A stretch of DNA of 64,000 nucleotides from an uncultured Verrucomicrobiae bacterium (GCA_963782115.1 CAWAIK010000003.1:352001-416000), one strand, 5' to 3'. Positions 51,746 to 63,021 are shown, numbered from the stretch's first letter. The notes: generated from the sequence alone by a model not told the origin. Numbers and translations are program-made.

Positions 51746-53845
51746 TTATATTCTTCCGTTTATAATCTCTTTGGCCAGCCGCGACGCCTTTGCCTTGAGA
51801 CCGTCCTCGGCAGCGCCGTGAGTTGGGAGTGAGCCGCCATGCCACTTTTGGAGCAACAGCATATTATAGTAGATCCGCGCGAGGGCCTGCTCACGGCCGG
51901 CCGCCTTTGGCAGGTCGCTCTGATCCAGCTGCGCACGGTCTTCGGCCGGCACATGGGCCGGAATTCGAAACAGAAGGCGCCAGAAACTTTCGGATCCGTT
52001 AAATTCATCCGGCGCCACCCGCCGGTATCTAAGGGCATTTGACCGTAAATTGCGAACGCCCGCATAGTCGCGGTTCAGCGCATCTCCGGCCTTCAGCATT
52101 CCGGCGCCGAGATAAAGATCAGGTTTATCCTGGCCCTTCTTTCTTTTCGCGGACATCAGCAGTGCGTCATAGACGGCTTCAGCTTTGCGCCAGGAGTTCC
52201 ATTCGCCTGGACCGAACTCTCGTCGGTGCTGTTCGAGCCAGAGAGCGGCGGCGGCGGCTACCTGCGGAGTGGCGGCAGAAGTCCCGCTCCCATTTAGAGA
52301 CACGCCGTTTGTGCCGCTTAGCCATGGAACATTTGGGGTATAGCCAGCAATCGGATAGGGGCGCAATTCGCCTGATTCCGCCTCCACTTCGTCGACGTTC
52401 ACCCGAGGGTTCAGCCCTGCGAGCCACCCGTCCGGTCCATAACTGCCGCGGAAACCCCATTCATTGATCGATTTGAACCGCCGAAATAACCGGGCGACGG
52501 AATTACCCGAATAGGTTTTTCCTTCGCTGGTCACGCCAGTCACGCCGATCACGCGGCGGAACGCGGCCGGGTAAACAGGCGAAGCTGGGACGATCAATCC
52601 ATCGGGGCGCCAGCCATAGGGCAATAGCGAAAAGAAATCGCCTTCGGCTGCGAACATCGCCGTGCCACGTTCATAAGCGGCGTTGACCGCATCCACCCAA
52701 GTCTGGGTCGGTGACCCTCCGTGGCTCATCGAAATAACATCGCAGTGCTTAACCCGGCTGGCATAGTCGATCCCGTAAGCAAGCGCCGCGGTTCCCAGAG
52801 AGATAGGATCCGATGCAACCCGCACCGGCACCACTCTGGCCAGAGGCACGCCTCCAAGCCAAACAGGGGTCTCAGTTCCAGCCTGACTCGCCGTACCGGG
52901 CGTTTTCAGGATGATCTTACGTCCTGCCAGCAGCCCGATTGTCCCCATTCCATGGGAAGGATTGGCTCCCACGCTCCTATGCTCCGCTTCACCCGGAATC
53001 CAAAGTTGTGATTGCTGCCAACCATGAACCCAGCCGTCAGCATCCGCCATTCGACTCTCATCGACATACAACGGCGACGCGACGTGACGATCGTCAAATC
53101 CGGTGTCAAGGATACCCACCCGAACACGCCATTCTCCTGTATGCCTCGTCATAACCCGAGCGCGAGCGGCAGAAAGCTGGGAAAAAGAAGGATTTTGATA
53201 CCAGAACTGCCGATATTCGGGGTGCTTGCCGCCGGAGTCATCTGCCGCCCCGCTCGGGATCGGCCAGACGGAACTTGGTTCTCCATTCACATAGATGACT
53301 TTTGGACTCGCTGACCGCGTACCCAGTCTCGCTCGCTTCTCATGGAACCAGAACGGATGATAGTCTTTTCCACCTCCTGCGTGGACACGGAATTCCCGGG
53401 TGAACATGTTGTCCTTGGCATGCTGCACCGTGTTACCGTAGAAGACCAGGTTGGGCTCGATCATCAGCGGGTAAACCCCAAAGGCTCGGTGGGTCGCATC
53501 CGCTAGTGACGGCACCGCTGCCCTTGCCCACTGCCAGCGCTGCGAGAGCAATTGTGAAAGGGAGAGCGGACGATTCCGGTCGAGGTCCTTGGCACGCCAG
53601 GCCACATACCAATCACCCCGGCTTTGCGGGTCCCGTGGCGCTTCCACTGCGTGGCGGAAGTGCCAAGCTTCGGTAGGTGATAGCCACGCGGCGGGCACCA
53701 TCTCATCAGGGCGAAGATCACTCCGCACCTTCACCATGAGACGCTGGTTGAAACTGACGGAGGAGGTCAACACCGAGCAGGCGCAAAGCCCCGCAGTTAA
53801 AGCAACGACAAACATCGAACCGAACAAGCGCATAAACTGTTTCAT
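51746..53845 (-). CDS. S8 (subtilisin-like) serine peptidase, probable lipoprotein
   Basis: Catalytic triad GILDTG, SHGMG, GTSAATP; LCAC lipobox-like signal. Confidence 0.88.
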   Translation of the reverse strand: MKQFMRLFGSMFVVALTAGLCACSVLTSSVSFNQRLMVKVRSDLRPDEMVPAAWLSPTEAWHFRHAVEAPRDPQSRGDWYVAWRAKDLDRNRPLSLSQLLSQRWQWARAAVPSLADATHRAFGVYPLMIEPNLVFYGNTVQHAKDNMFTREFRVHAGGGKDYHPFWFHEKRARLGTRSASPKVIYVNGEPSSVWPIPSGAADDSGGKHPEYRQFWYQNPSFSQLSAARARVMTRHTGEWRVRVGILDTGFDDRHVASPLYVDESRMADADGWVHGWQQSQLWIPGEAEHRSVGANPSHGMGTIGLLAGRKIILKTPGTASQAGTETPVWLGGVPLARVVPVRVASDPISLGTAALAYGIDYASRVKHCDVISMSHGGSPTQTWVDAVNAAYERGTAMFAAEGDFFSLLPYGWRPDGLIVPASPVYPAAFRRVIGVTGVTSEGKTYSGNSVARLFRRFKSINEWGFRGSYGPDGWLAGLNPRVNVDEVEAESGELRPYPIAGYTPNVPWLSGTNGVSLNGSGTSAATPQVAAAAALWLEQHRREFGPGEWNSWRKAEAVYDALLMSAKRKKGQDKPDLYLGAGMLKAGDALNRDYAGVRNLRSNALRYRRVAPDEFNGSESFWRLLFRIPAHVPAEDRAQLDQSDLPKAAGREQALARIYYNMLLLQKWHGGSLPTHGAAEDGLKAKASRLAKEIINGRI

Positions 53846-54170
53846 GCGGCGGAATTTACCTTTGTTTAGAAGTTAGCCATGCTAGCACCCCGAATAACAG
53901 TCTTGAAAAATTCGGACCCAATGACAATGTTAGCTTATGCCGGCACACAGCCGTGGCCTCTCTTTCACTCCACCGGATGCGCCACCGTATATTCAACCTA
54001 CCGAATCCGATTGGTGATTGGAACAAGAATCTGGAACGCGGAGTTACCCGATCGGGTAATAGATTCGACAGCTATCTTTCAGCTCGTCCGACGGCTTGAG
54101 CAAGGAGCGGTAAGTAATCAATAACGGTCTGATAGCAGTTGCAATCCGTCCAGAACGAGCCACCCTCCAC

Positions 54171-56093
54171 TTACCGCGCGCCATTCTGAAAATTCAGATA
54201 GGTATATCCTTTCAGGCCGCGTTCGTACTCGCTTAGGAGACGCATCGCTTCATTCGGTTTCAGACGATCTGATTTGATTGCTGCATCGACCTGCGCTTTC
54301 ACCAGGCGAATCAGCTCGGGTTGATCCCACTGCGTCATCGACAAAACGCTTCCGACGGTGCTGCCCTCGATGACTTCCTCGATGTACCACCCCGAATCCT
54401 CGTCTTCATCCAGGAAAACGTGCACCTCGTTTACCCGGCCAAAAAGGTTATGGAGATCGCCCATGATATCCTGGTAGGCACCCATCAAAAAAAATCCCAG
54501 GTAGTAAGGCTCTCCGGATCGAATCCGATGCAGCGGCAACGTCTCTTTGACATCTTGCAAATCGATAAACTTGCTCACCTTGCCGTCTGAATCACACGTA
54601 ATATCCACCAGCGTCCCATTGCGATCCGGTGGTTGGTCCAAATGATGGATCGGCATAATCGGAAAGAGCTGCCCGAGCGCCCAATGATCCAGCAAGGATT
54701 GGAAGACCGAAAAATTACAGAGATACTGATCTCCCAGCGAAGTCTCCAGCTCTTTGACTTCTTCCGGTACATACCGCATTCCGCGACAGAGTTCGACGAC
54801 CGAGTCCGCGATTTGCCAATAGATAGTCTCTATCTTGGCCTTGCTGTCCAGATCCAGCAACCCAAGCTCAAACATCGATTGGCATTGCTCCTTGATCTGC
54901 TGCGCATCGTGCAGCACCTCCATGCGATTCTGTTTCGTCAGCGCTTTCTGGGTTTCAACCATCTCGTGAAACACCTTCGGATCTGTCTCTCTTCTCTCAA
55001 GACACAGGTCGCCGCCTATTTTCTCGATTGAACCAAATGCTTCCACTACCAGCACGGAATGATGAGCAACGATTGCCCGACCGCCTTCACTGACGATCGT
55101 CGGATGCGGCACTTTTTCTGAATCGCAGACGTCGATGATATTATAAACCACGTCTCTGGCGTACTCCTGCAGCGTGTAGTTCATAGAGCTGTCGGAAGCA
55201 GTCCTCGAACCGTCGTAGTCGACGCCCAATCCACCGCCGACATCGATGAATTGCATTGGATGACCCATCTGTGACAGTTTGGCGTAAAAGCGAGCTGCTT
55301 CTCGTACCGCTCGTTTGATCACGCCGATGTCGGGCACTTGAGAACCAACATGAAAATGAACCAGCACCAAAGACTCAGGCATCCCCTCACTCTTCAAAAT
55401 ATTGCTAGCCGCGATCAGGTCCGCTGTCGACAAGCCGAACTTCGCATTTTCTCCCCCGCTGGTTGACCATTTTCCCGAACCCTTCGATTGGACACGCACG
55501 CGCAGTCCTATTAACGGCGTCACGCTCATTTCTCTGGAGATCTGCAGGATCTGCCGAACCTCTTCGAGCTTCTCGACCACCATGATCACTTGTTTCCCCA
55601 GCTTTCGGCCGAGCAAGGCGTTCTTAATGAACGTCGGATCCTTGTAACCGTTGCAGATGATCAGGCCTTCGGGATCACGGTGAACGGCCAAGGCGGCGAT
55701 TAACTCCGGTTTGCTGCCGGCTTCGAGGCCAAAATTGAATGGCCGGCCTGCATCCATGATCTCTTCGACGACTTCCCGAAGCTGGTTGACTTTGATCGGG
55801 AAAACTCCTTTGTAAACGTTCTGATAGTTTGCTTCGGAGATCGCTGACTGAAAGGCACGATTGATTGTCTCGACTCTGTGCCTGAGAAGATCCTGGAACC
55901 GTACAACGAGAGGGAAAGCCATCCCGCGATCCCGTGCCTCGGAGACCACTTCCATCAGATCGATCGCCTGGCCGTACGCCTGCGTTGGCATCACTTGGAC
56001 ATTCCCTGCGGCGTTGATATTGAAGTACCCGCTACCCCACCGATCGATATCGTAGAGGGCTATAGCGGAAGGAATATCCCACGTTTCAGTCAT
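54171..56093 (-). CDS. speA: Biosynthetic arginine decarboxylase
   Basis: FPIKVNQ, LEAGSKPE, HFHVGSQ, TCDSDG, GAYQDIMGDLHNLFG. Confidence 0.98.
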   Translation of the reverse strand: MTETWDIPSAIALYDIDRWGSGYFNINAAGNVQVMPTQAYGQAIDLMEVVSEARDRGMAFPLVVRFQDLLRHRVETINRAFQSAISEANYQNVYKGVFPIKVNQLREVVEEIMDAGRPFNFGLEAGSKPELIAALAVHRDPEGLIICNGYKDPTFIKNALLGRKLGKQVIMVVEKLEEVRQILQISREMSVTPLIGLRVRVQSKGSGKWSTSGGENAKFGLSTADLIAASNILKSEGMPESLVLVHFHVGSQVPDIGVIKRAVREAARFYAKLSQMGHPMQFIDVGGGLGVDYDGSRTASDSSMNYTLQEYARDVVYNIIDVCDSEKVPHPTIVSEGGRAIVAHHSVLVVEAFGSIEKIGGDLCLERRETDPKVFHEMVETQKALTKQNRMEVLHDAQQIKEQCQSMFELGLLDLDSKAKIETIYWQIADSVVELCRGMRYVPEEVKELETSLGDQYLCNFSVFQSLLDHWALGQLFPIMPIHHLDQPPDRNGTLVDITCDSDGKVSKFIDLQDVKETLPLHRIRSGEPYYLGFFLMGAYQDIMGDLHNLFGRVNEVHVFLDEDEDSGWYIEEVIEGSTVGSVLSMTQWDQPELIRLVKAQVDAAIKSDRLKPNEAMRLLSEYERGLKGYTYLNFQNGAR

Positions 56094-56178
56094 TGCGACG
56101 CCACACTATGTGACAAGGTTCCAAATTCAATAAGGAGCTGCGAAAAACTGGACAGAACCCTCCGATTCCGCGTCGCCC

Positions 56179-56652
56179 TCACTCTTCTTCATCCGTTTCT
56201 TCGGATTGGGAACTCTCCTCTTCCATTTTCCGAAGGACTTCGCTCATGTCCTCTACTTCCTCCCAAACCTCACGACTGACATAGATGGGAGCCGTTTGCT
56301 GCGTTGCCATCGCGATACAGTCGCTGGGTCGCGCATCAATCTCGATGATCTTTTTTTGTTGCAATTCATTCTCCGCACTGAGAATCAATCTCGCAAAATA
56401 GGTGCCACGTTTGAGATCGTTGACAATCACGCGTTCAACCTTGGCTCCCAGCGCCCTCAAAATGTGCGCCAGCAGATCATGCGTAAGCGGCCGTTCCTTT
56501 TGAGTTCCCCGCATGAACATGGTGATCGCCGCGCCAACGCTCTGGTCCACGTAGATCACAAAAACCTTTTGCTCGTTGCCAATAAAAACCGCGCAGCCAC
56601 CGCTCGTGGGAATCACCGCGCGAACCTGCACTTCGACAACGGGTTTGCTCAT
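56179..56652 (-). CDS. Bifunctional nuclease family protein (DUF151)
   Basis: RPLTHDL and IDARPSD motifs. Confidence 0.93.
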   Translation of the reverse strand: MSKPVVEVQVRAVIPTSGGCAVFIGNEQKVFVIYVDQSVGAAITMFMRGTQKERPLTHDLLAHILRALGAKVERVIVNDLKRGTYFARLILSAENELQQKKIIEIDARPSDCIAMATQQTAPIYVSREVWEEVEDMSEVLRKMEEESSQSEETDEEE

Positions 56653-56799
56653 ACCGCAAGCCTAGCCAGTCGCCTAATCGCTTCAAGATCCGAATTGTCC
56701 GTATGCACGTGAAGTCCAGAGCGCCTATACGCCGGCGATCATCCATTCCAGGATCCATCAGTCGGCAGCATCAAAAAAAAACCGGCAATAGCACCTCGC

Positions 56800-57291
56800 T
56801 TATTCATCCTCCATCGCATCGATAATCCGCTCCTGGATCTCCGCATAAAAGTTAATTTGCTGCAGGACCAGGTCGCGACGCGAGAACCATTTCGGCGGTT
56901 CGTGCATCGAAAGTTCTCGGTCGCTGAAGTTGAACTTAGTCGCAAGGATCAGTCGAGCCTGGTTCAAAGCGTTCAACCAGGCGTCGCTGTGTGCACGCGG
57001 AACGACGAGCCGGCCCAGGCGCCCGGGATAATCCGACAGGTTCTTCAGATCCTCGTTGACCGTATTCCTGGCCGAAAGAAAAAGGTGCACAAGCTCCGGT
57101 CGCACGTACTCGGCCCAATCGTTCAGAAACTGACCTTCACTGGAATCGGCGGGATTGCTGAAGAGCCGCGCTTCGGATCGATTATCCGTTCCGCTATCGC
57201 ACACACCAGGGACCTGCCGAAGCAATTCCGCTTCGATTGGCTCAATGTCCATGAGCTCGATCGAGTTCTCTTTCAGTCGGCGAATCAACAT
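56800..57291 (-). CDS. DUF2017-like protein
   Basis: DWAEYVRPEL and AWLNALNQARL; downstream of clpS. Confidence 0.75.
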   Translation of the reverse strand: MLIRRLKENSIELMDIEPIEAELLRQVPGVCDSGTDNRSEARLFSNPADSSEGQFLNDWAEYVRPELVHLFLSARNTVNEDLKNLSDYPGRLGRLVVPRAHSDAWLNALNQARLILATKFNFSDRELSMHEPPKWFSRRDLVLQQINFYAEIQERIIDAMEDE

Positions 57292-57292
57292 C

Positions 57293-57568
57293 TCATTCCG
57301 CTCTCTCCAACGTCGCGAGTAACAGATACCCGTGCAACTGCTGGACATAAAATTCCGCTCGTTCGCGTGCGCCGGTCCAAACAATCGAGCGCCCTTTGTA
57401 ATGGACCTCCAACATGTGATGTTGCGCCTTCTGTTTTGTGAATCCAAAAACCCGCTGAAAAACCATCGTCACGTAGCTCATCAGATTCACCGGATCGTCG
57501 TGCACCACAACGTTCCACGGAGTCCCCAGTGACGTCTCAACCTTCGTTTCAACAACTGTCTCAGCCAT
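57293..57568 (-). CDS. clpS: ATP-dependent Clp protease adaptor
   Basis: WNVVVHDDPVNLMSYV, MLEVH.KGR. Confidence 0.95.
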   Translation of the reverse strand: MAETVVETKVETSLGTPWNVVVHDDPVNLMSYVTMVFQRVFGFTKQKAQHHMLEVHYKGRSIVWTGARERAEFYVQQLHGYLLLATLERAE

Positions 57569-58118
57569 GGAAACGCAAACCCTCAGTCGATCCGTTTGAG
57601 GATATACGCAAGAACTCGTTTACTGACCCCACGGACGCTTCAAGTAATTTCAACCGGCCGTTCTCGTCAGGCGCGCCGACAGACAGCTCCTGCACCAGGT
57701 AACCAAGGATTGCGGTCCGAACAGGAATTGAAAATGCGCCGCATCTGACGCCATACAAAGTCGCGAAATGTCCAAAAGCCTCACCAGTTTGCATGGCTTC
57801 CTGAATCCTGGCCATCAGTCGTTCGCCGCGAGGCGTGCTCTGTTGCAGCAGCAATCGCCCGGCTTCGATACTGCGTTGCCGCGGCCACGGTTTCAGCCTC
57901 TGGTTCAACTGCGCGTCCAGCAGGATGATTTCCCTCGCAGATTGGCGCGCCGAAAGGTCCAGCACCTTTAGAAGATGCGGAAGCAGGACCGGCTCAAATA
58001 AGGTTTTCATCCACCGTTGCCAGCTATCTGCCACCGGGCCTTCGACCTGCCAGGAGATCGCCCGCGCGGAGTCGAAGTCCGGATTGCATCGTTGGACAAT
58101 CTTACTGAGTTCGCTCAT
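57561..58118 (-). CDS. UreF-like helical protein
   Basis: LD..L...RQRSIEAGRLLL and GHFATLYG..CG pattern. Confidence 0.55.
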   Translation of the reverse strand: MSELSKIVQRCNPDFDSARAISWQVEGPVADSWQRWMKTLFEPVLLPHLLKVLDLSARQSAREIILLDAQLNQRLKPWPRQRSIEAGRLLLQQSTPRGERLMARIQEAMQTGEAFGHFATLYGVRCGAFSIPVRTAILGYLVQELSVGAPDENGRLKLLEASVGSVNEFLRISSNGSTEGLRFHG

Positions 58119-58244
58119 GGCAAAACCTGCGGGTGACATTCCCATCCGCCGATCGTATCACGAGTTGCCCAGCCTGTCAGTGTCAGTATCGGGAAAGCCG
58201 CCGAACGGCGAACGCCAAACGGCGAGTCCGAATGATCTCGGGGT

Positions 58245-58751
58245 TCACAAGCATTTGACCGGTATCAAGAATTCGATCGTACCAGCTCCCGGTTTGAACT
58301 CTTCGAGAGCGAGGCTCATCAGCGTGGCCTTTCGAAAATGGACATTCTCCGCGCGACCCCCAATCAACGCCCCGGCCAGCGTGCTGAAATCCGGCTCGTG
58401 ACCTACCAACATGATGATCGCCTTTCCGGAGGATTTCTCCCGTTCCCGCTTCATGAGGTTGATTGAGGACTCGCGAAGACCGGAGAAAGCTCGCTCCGGG
58501 GTCATGCCAGGCCGCAGAAACTCCTGGATCTGGACCGGCGTCGGTAAATTAAGTTCGCGTGCAAAGAGTTGCGCTGTTTCTTCCGCTCGCTTCAAGGGAC
58601 TCGTCAAAATCATGTCTGGAACGAAACCGTGCTCGAAACAAAACTTGCCCATACTCACGGCTTGTTTCGAGCCTTTCGCAGTCAGAGTGCGCGTCTGATC
58701 GTTGGCTGCGTCGGGTTCAGCTTCGGCGTGGCGTAACAGGAAGAGTTTCAT
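58245..58751 (-). CDS. sixA: Phosphohistidine phosphatase
   Basis: LLRHAEAE, TSPLKRA, LVGHEP. Confidence 0.92.
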   Translation of the reverse strand: MKLFLLRHAEAEPDAANDQTRTLTAKGSKQAVSMGKFCFEHGFVPDMILTSPLKRAEETAQLFARELNLPTPVQIQEFLRPGMTPERAFSGLRESSINLMKREREKSSGKAIIMLVGHEPDFSTLAGALIGGRAENVHFRKATLMSLALEEFKPGAGTIEFLIPVKCL

Positions 58752-58767
58752 GACGAAAATACCCCTT

Positions 58768-59769
58768 TTACCGAGCGCTGCGTTCTATAGCAAGGCATCC
58801 GTTCGGTTTCTCTGCGGTTGGACCAAATGCCTTCAGAAAAGCGACCTCGATAGCGAGCGCTTCCTGGACATTCCTTGAGAGGGAATCTATTAGCGATTGG
58901 AGAGCATCAAGTCGCTCAAGCAGTTCGACGCTCGAAAGGCCTTCTGCCAGCTTGACGGCGGATACACGGTAGTCGGCCAAGTCCAAAAACGGGCTCTCAT
59001 GCTTGATGCGCAGTGCGTCCCCAAGCGATTCAATCGTCTTTAGAACCAAATTCGCCCGCGCTTTAACGTACCTGCTTTCGGTCAGCGCGGAGAGGCGTTC
59101 CTCACGCTCCCCTAGCCAAGTGCCGTCCGTGGTCTGCTTGTAAGCCGTTTGATCCTTTGTCAGAAGTTCGCTATGCTCGGTTTCGATTCTTTCTCGCACC
59201 TTTCCGAGAATTCCGAGAAAAACACGGGAAAATCTTAGGGCCGTGACAACGGAAAATCCGTCAGCCGCAACGATCCGAAAAAGCTCTCCCACCAACTCTG
59301 CTTCCTCGCCCGTAAGGGCTTTCGCGCCGGACGCGCGCAACGAAATCTCGATACAACGAGAGCGGATCGTATCCAGCAACGCTTCGGGAAGCGCGGTCAC
59401 GAGTATTAACACTGAATGATCGGGCGGTTCCTCCAACGTTTTCAAAAAGGCATTCGCGGCTTGCGGCATAAACCGGTCCGCCTCATACACAACCCCAAAT
59501 TTCACTTTGGCCCGGGTTGCGCGCATCCGGAGTGAAGATTCCAGTTCTCGAATTTGTTCAACGAGAATTTTTCTGGACTTGGATTCGGGCTCGATGCCGT
59601 GAAAGTCGACTGCCGCTGTCATGTACCCATTGACGATTCGAAAAAATTCAGTCACCAATCGCCGTTTTCCGCTCCCGTCAGGTCCTGAGAAGAGAAACGA
59701 GTGTGCGAGCCGCCCTTGGGCGTTCGCCTCACCGAGATAGCCTGAGGCCTGTTCAAATGAGAATGCCAT
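58768..59769 (-). CDS. holB: DNA polymerase III delta' subunit
   Basis: GRLAHSFLF, AANAFLKTLEEPP, TIRSRC; follows tmk. Confidence 0.92.
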   Translation of the reverse strand: MAFSFEQASGYLGEANAQGRLAHSFLFSGPDGSGKRRLVTEFFRIVNGYMTAAVDFHGIEPESKSRKILVEQIRELESSLRMRATRAKVKFGVVYEADRFMPQAANAFLKTLEEPPDHSVLILVTALPEALLDTIRSRCIEISLRASGAKALTGEEAELVGELFRIVAADGFSVVTALRFSRVFLGILGKVRERIETEHSELLTKDQTAYKQTTDGTWLGEREERLSALTESRYVKARANLVLKTIESLGDALRIKHESPFLDLADYRVSAVKLAEGLSSVELLERLDALQSLIDSLSRNVQEALAIEVAFLKAFGPTAEKPNGCLAIERSAR

Positions 59770-60388
59770 CGATTTCCTTCCAGATCGCTTCTTCCACTTG
59801 ATCCTCAGTCCCCGAAGCGTCGATGATCTTCAACCGATCCGGCTCGGCGCGGGCGATTTCGAGATATCCGCGTCGAACCTGTTCGAAAAATTCGTCGGAG
59901 AGCCGTTCCATTCTATCCTGCTGTCCGACTGGACGAACCCGGCGCAACTGGCGCGCACGGGAAACTGCGAGGTGGAGATCCAGCAGAAATGTCACATCAG
60001 GCTTGCATCCTCCAGCTACGAATTCATTCAGCGACTTGATAAATGTCAGATCCAATCCTCGGCCAATTCCCTGATAGACGGTGGTTGAATCATAAAACCG
60101 GTCCGACACGACAACCAATCCCTTCTCGATCGCGGGCCGGATTGTCTGACCGACCAGCTGGGCTCGGCTGGCCGCGAAAAGCAGCAATTCCGTTTCATTC
60201 CGCATTGAGTCTCCCGCCTTGGCATGCAGGAGCAGTCGTCGAATCGCTAATCCAATTTCGGTAAAACCTGGCTCGTGCACGGCCAATACCCTTCGACCTC
60301 GCTTTTCGAGTCGGCGCGCAAGGCGCCTGACCTGCGTCGATTTTCCACACCCTTCGCCTCCTTCAAATGTGACAAACAGACCGGGCAT
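59753..60388 (-). CDS. tmk: Thymidylate kinase
   Basis: FEGGEGCGKST, SDRFYDS..VYQG. Confidence 0.97.
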   Translation of the reverse strand: MPGLFVTFEGGEGCGKSTQVRRLARRLEKRGRRVLAVHEPGFTEIGLAIRRLLLHAKAGDSMRNETELLLFAASRAQLVGQTIRPAIEKGLVVVSDRFYDSTTVYQGIGRGLDLTFIKSLNEFVAGGCKPDVTFLLDLHLAVSRARQLRRVRPVGQQDRMERLSDEFFEQVRRGYLEIARAEPDRLKIIDASGTEDQVEEAIWKEIDGILI

Positions 60389-60554
60389 TCCCTGGCCGAT
60401 AAACCGGCGAATCACGAAACACAACTCAGAAGAAAGGAAATCGAGAAAGTGTCAGTGTAACATGGCCCGGAGTAATACTTTACAACTGCCTACATCCCCT
60501 TACCCTTCCTCAAGCCGGGAAGAACCGGAGAATCGAATCAAATACTCTATTGTC

Positions 60555-60977
60555 ATGTCGCAATACTGGCTGGTGAAGCAGGAACCAACCGCTTATTCCT
60601 GGGACCAATTCGCCGCGGATGGAAAGACAGATTGGACCGGTGTACGAAATTTTCAGGCCAGAAATAATCTGCGCTCCATGAAGCTTGGCGATCCGGTCTT
60701 CTACTATCACAGCGTCAACGGCAAGGCTGTTGTCGGAATCGCGAAGGTGACAAAAGAGGCCTTCCGCGATCCCACCGCGGCCGAGGGAGACTGGTCGGCA
60801 GTCGAGCTCACGCCGGTGAGATCGATAGAACCTCCTGTAAAAATTGACCAGATCAAGGGGGACACCAGGCTGCTCGACATGCCTTTGCTTAAGAATTCCA
60901 GGCTGTCCGTCATGAAGCTTACGAAAGAGCAATACGACACAATTCTCGAGCTCTCAAAACGGGCTCGGTCCGGCTAG
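60555..60977 (+). CDS. EVE domain protein
   Basis: YWLVKQEP, WTGVRNFQARN, FYYHS, SRLSV. Confidence 0.93.
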   Translation: MSQYWLVKQEPTAYSWDQFAADGKTDWTGVRNFQARNNLRSMKLGDPVFYYHSVNGKAVVGIAKVTKEAFRDPTAAEGDWSAVELTPVRSIEPPVKIDQIKGDTRLLDMPLLKNSRLSVMKLTKEQYDTILELSKRARSG

Positions 60978-60996
60978 CAATCTGGGCGCAAGGGTT

Positions 60997-61761
60997 ATGG
61001 CACGTCCCTCCCTCTCCGACCAGCGCCACTCCGGTTTCCTTTCTCACTTTTTGGCAGCATCAAACTCGAGAAACGTCAAAAAAACCAAATGTAGAAGTTG
61101 GAGATCCGATCGTTCGACGAACACCAGATCCCGGTTTCGCCTTTTGGCTTATGCCCTCATTATCGTCGCCGCCACAACGCTGGTCGTCGTCGTGATCGTC
61201 CTCGCAATTGGGGCTGGAAGTGACAATGTTGATCCCTCTCACAAGGTATTGGAACTCACCGCCCAGGACATCGACCCTGAAACAACCGCCATTGAAAAAA
61301 ACCTGCTTAAACAGAATCAGATCGATGCTCGACTGGCCGCTGCCCTGTGGAGAGATGCCCGCCAGCAATTGAGCGGCACCTCGCTCAAGGAAGCTCAACG
61401 CGCACTCGACGAGGGACATGTCATTCCGGCGGTTGAGCCTCTGGTTAGGCAATTGGCTGCCGACTTCGGCACTGGGAGAGCCGCTGCCTTTACCATCTGG
61501 GTGGTTGAGGATGAATCGCAAAGGGACAACGCCGTTGATCTTCAGCTTGAGGGCGTTCCTTTTGGCAGATTCTCGATCGAACAGAACCGTTACGCGATCA
61601 CCGTCGTTGGAAGAACGGGACAATCATTTCGATTGGTGATCACCGGCGCATCAGGCGCGAATAGGGGAGCCGTTTTCCGAGCCGAAACCGCAACCAGCGA
61701 AGCACAGACCCGGCATCTGCACCCGAGAAGAAACGACACCTGGCAGCTGGTGGTCAAATGA
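60997..61761 (+). CDS. Hypothetical membrane-anchored protein
   Basis: Single TM helix followed by a beta-rich C-terminal domain. Confidence 0.6.
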   Translation: MARPSLSDQRHSGFLSHFLAASNSRNVKKTKCRSWRSDRSTNTRSRFRLLAYALIIVAATTLVVVVIVLAIGAGSDNVDPSHKVLELTAQDIDPETTAIEKNLLKQNQIDARLAAALWRDARQQLSGTSLKEAQRALDEGHVIPAVEPLVRQLAADFGTGRAAAFTIWVVEDESQRDNAVDLQLEGVPFGRFSIEQNRYAITVVGRTGQSFRLVITGASGANRGAVFRAETATSEAQTRHLHPRRNDTWQLVVK

Positions 61762-61835
61762 AGAGGCTCAAAAACGAAATTCTCCTCCCTTATCCTTGAC
61801 GGTTCCCTCATCGAATCCGAAGTAGTCAACACCCT

Positions 61836-62936
61836 ATGAAGACCCTGGGTGAGATCGCTAGCTATGTGGGCGGCCAATTGTGCGGCGACGCCTCTGTGTC
61901 GATACGGCGCGTTGTTCATCCTGCCCTGGTAGAGAACGATTCCGATCTTGCTCTGGTCCTTTCGCCTGGCGCTGCCTCCGTCCTCGCTTCAGGCAAGATT
62001 TCGAACGCGGTGCTTACGGAGAAGATTGAGGACCGTCTGACGCCGAACCAGATTGTTGTCAAACGTCCCAGGCTGATTCTGGCGAAGCTGTTAGAGCTTT
62101 TCGATAGTCCAGTTCACGTGGCTTCCGGCGTGCACCCGAGCGCTGTCATTGATTCGAGTGCCACAATCGGTCAAAACGTATCGATCGGGCCGTTTTGCTG
62201 GATCGGCCCCCGCACTAAAATCTCCGATCATTGCAGGCTCGTGGCTCACGTCAGCGTGGGCGCCGATGTTGCCATCGGTGAAAATACTCTTGTGCATGCC
62301 GGCGTGACTATCGGCGATCGTTGCCGAATTGGTAACCATGTGATCGTTCAACCCAATGCCGCGATCGGCGGGGATGGCTTTGCCTATGTGACACCGGAGC
62401 CAGGCAGCGTCGAATCAGCCCGCGCGACCGGTGAGGTCCGCAGCTTTAATAACGAACTCATTCGAATCAATTCCATCGGAAACGTGGTGATCGAGGATAA
62501 TGTCGAAATCGGCGCCGGTTCCTGCATCGATCGCGGAACGCTGGGAGAAACCCGGATAGGTCGAGGCTCTAAATTGGACAACCTGGTCCAGGTCGGGCAC
62601 AACGTGACGATCGGTACAAACTGTCTCATTGTCGCCCAGGTCGGCTTGGGCGGCAGTTCAAAGGTCGGCCATCGCGCCGTCGTTGGTGGCCAGGCCGGGC
62701 TCCCCGATCACCTGAGCATCGGGGACGATGCCCTGGTTCATGCCCAAGCTGGAATTGTCAACCACGTTCTCCCTAGGAGCATCGTGATCGGAACTCCAGC
62801 GGAACCAAAAAAACGGTTCCTCGAGCAACATGTTCAGGTCAGACGTCTCCCGAGAATTGCCAGAGAGCTGAGGGAGCTGAGACAGCAGGTCGCAGCCTTG
62901 ACCGAAAAGTTGAACGCAGTGCCGCCGCCGGGGTGA
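61836..62936 (+). CDS. lpxD: UDP-3-O-acyl-glucosamine N-acyltransferase
   Basis: Hexapeptide repeats, [24 protein letters not shown]. Confidence 0.95.
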   Translation: MKTLGEIASYVGGQLCGDASVSIRRVVHPALVENDSDLALVLSPGAASVLASGKISNAVLTEKIEDRLTPNQIVVKRPRLILAKLLELFDSPVHVASGVHPSAVIDSSATIGQNVSIGPFCWIGPRTKISDHCRLVAHVSVGADVAIGENTLVHAGVTIGDRCRIGNHVIVQPNAAIGGDGFAYVTPEPGSVESARATGEVRSFNNELIRINSIGNVVIEDNVEIGAGSCIDRGTLGETRIGRGSKLDNLVQVGHNVTIGTNCLIVAQVGLGGSSKVGHRAVVGGQAGLPDHLSIGDDALVHAQAGIVNHVLPRSIVIGTPAEPKKRFLEQHVQVRRLPRIARELRELRQQVAALTEKLNAVPPPG

Positions 62937-62981
62937 GATATTTTCAGTGCCGCGGGCAGCTGTTCGTCTCCGTCGCCGCAG

Positions 62982-63009
62982 TTGACACTTCACTGAGCAT
63001 GGATACCCT
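62982..63009 (+). promoter_or_regulatory. Sigma70-type promoter upstream of ridA-pyrE-secA
   Basis: TTGACA-N16-TACCCT. Confidence 0.45.
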
Positions 63010-63021
63010 TCAACGCTTCTC

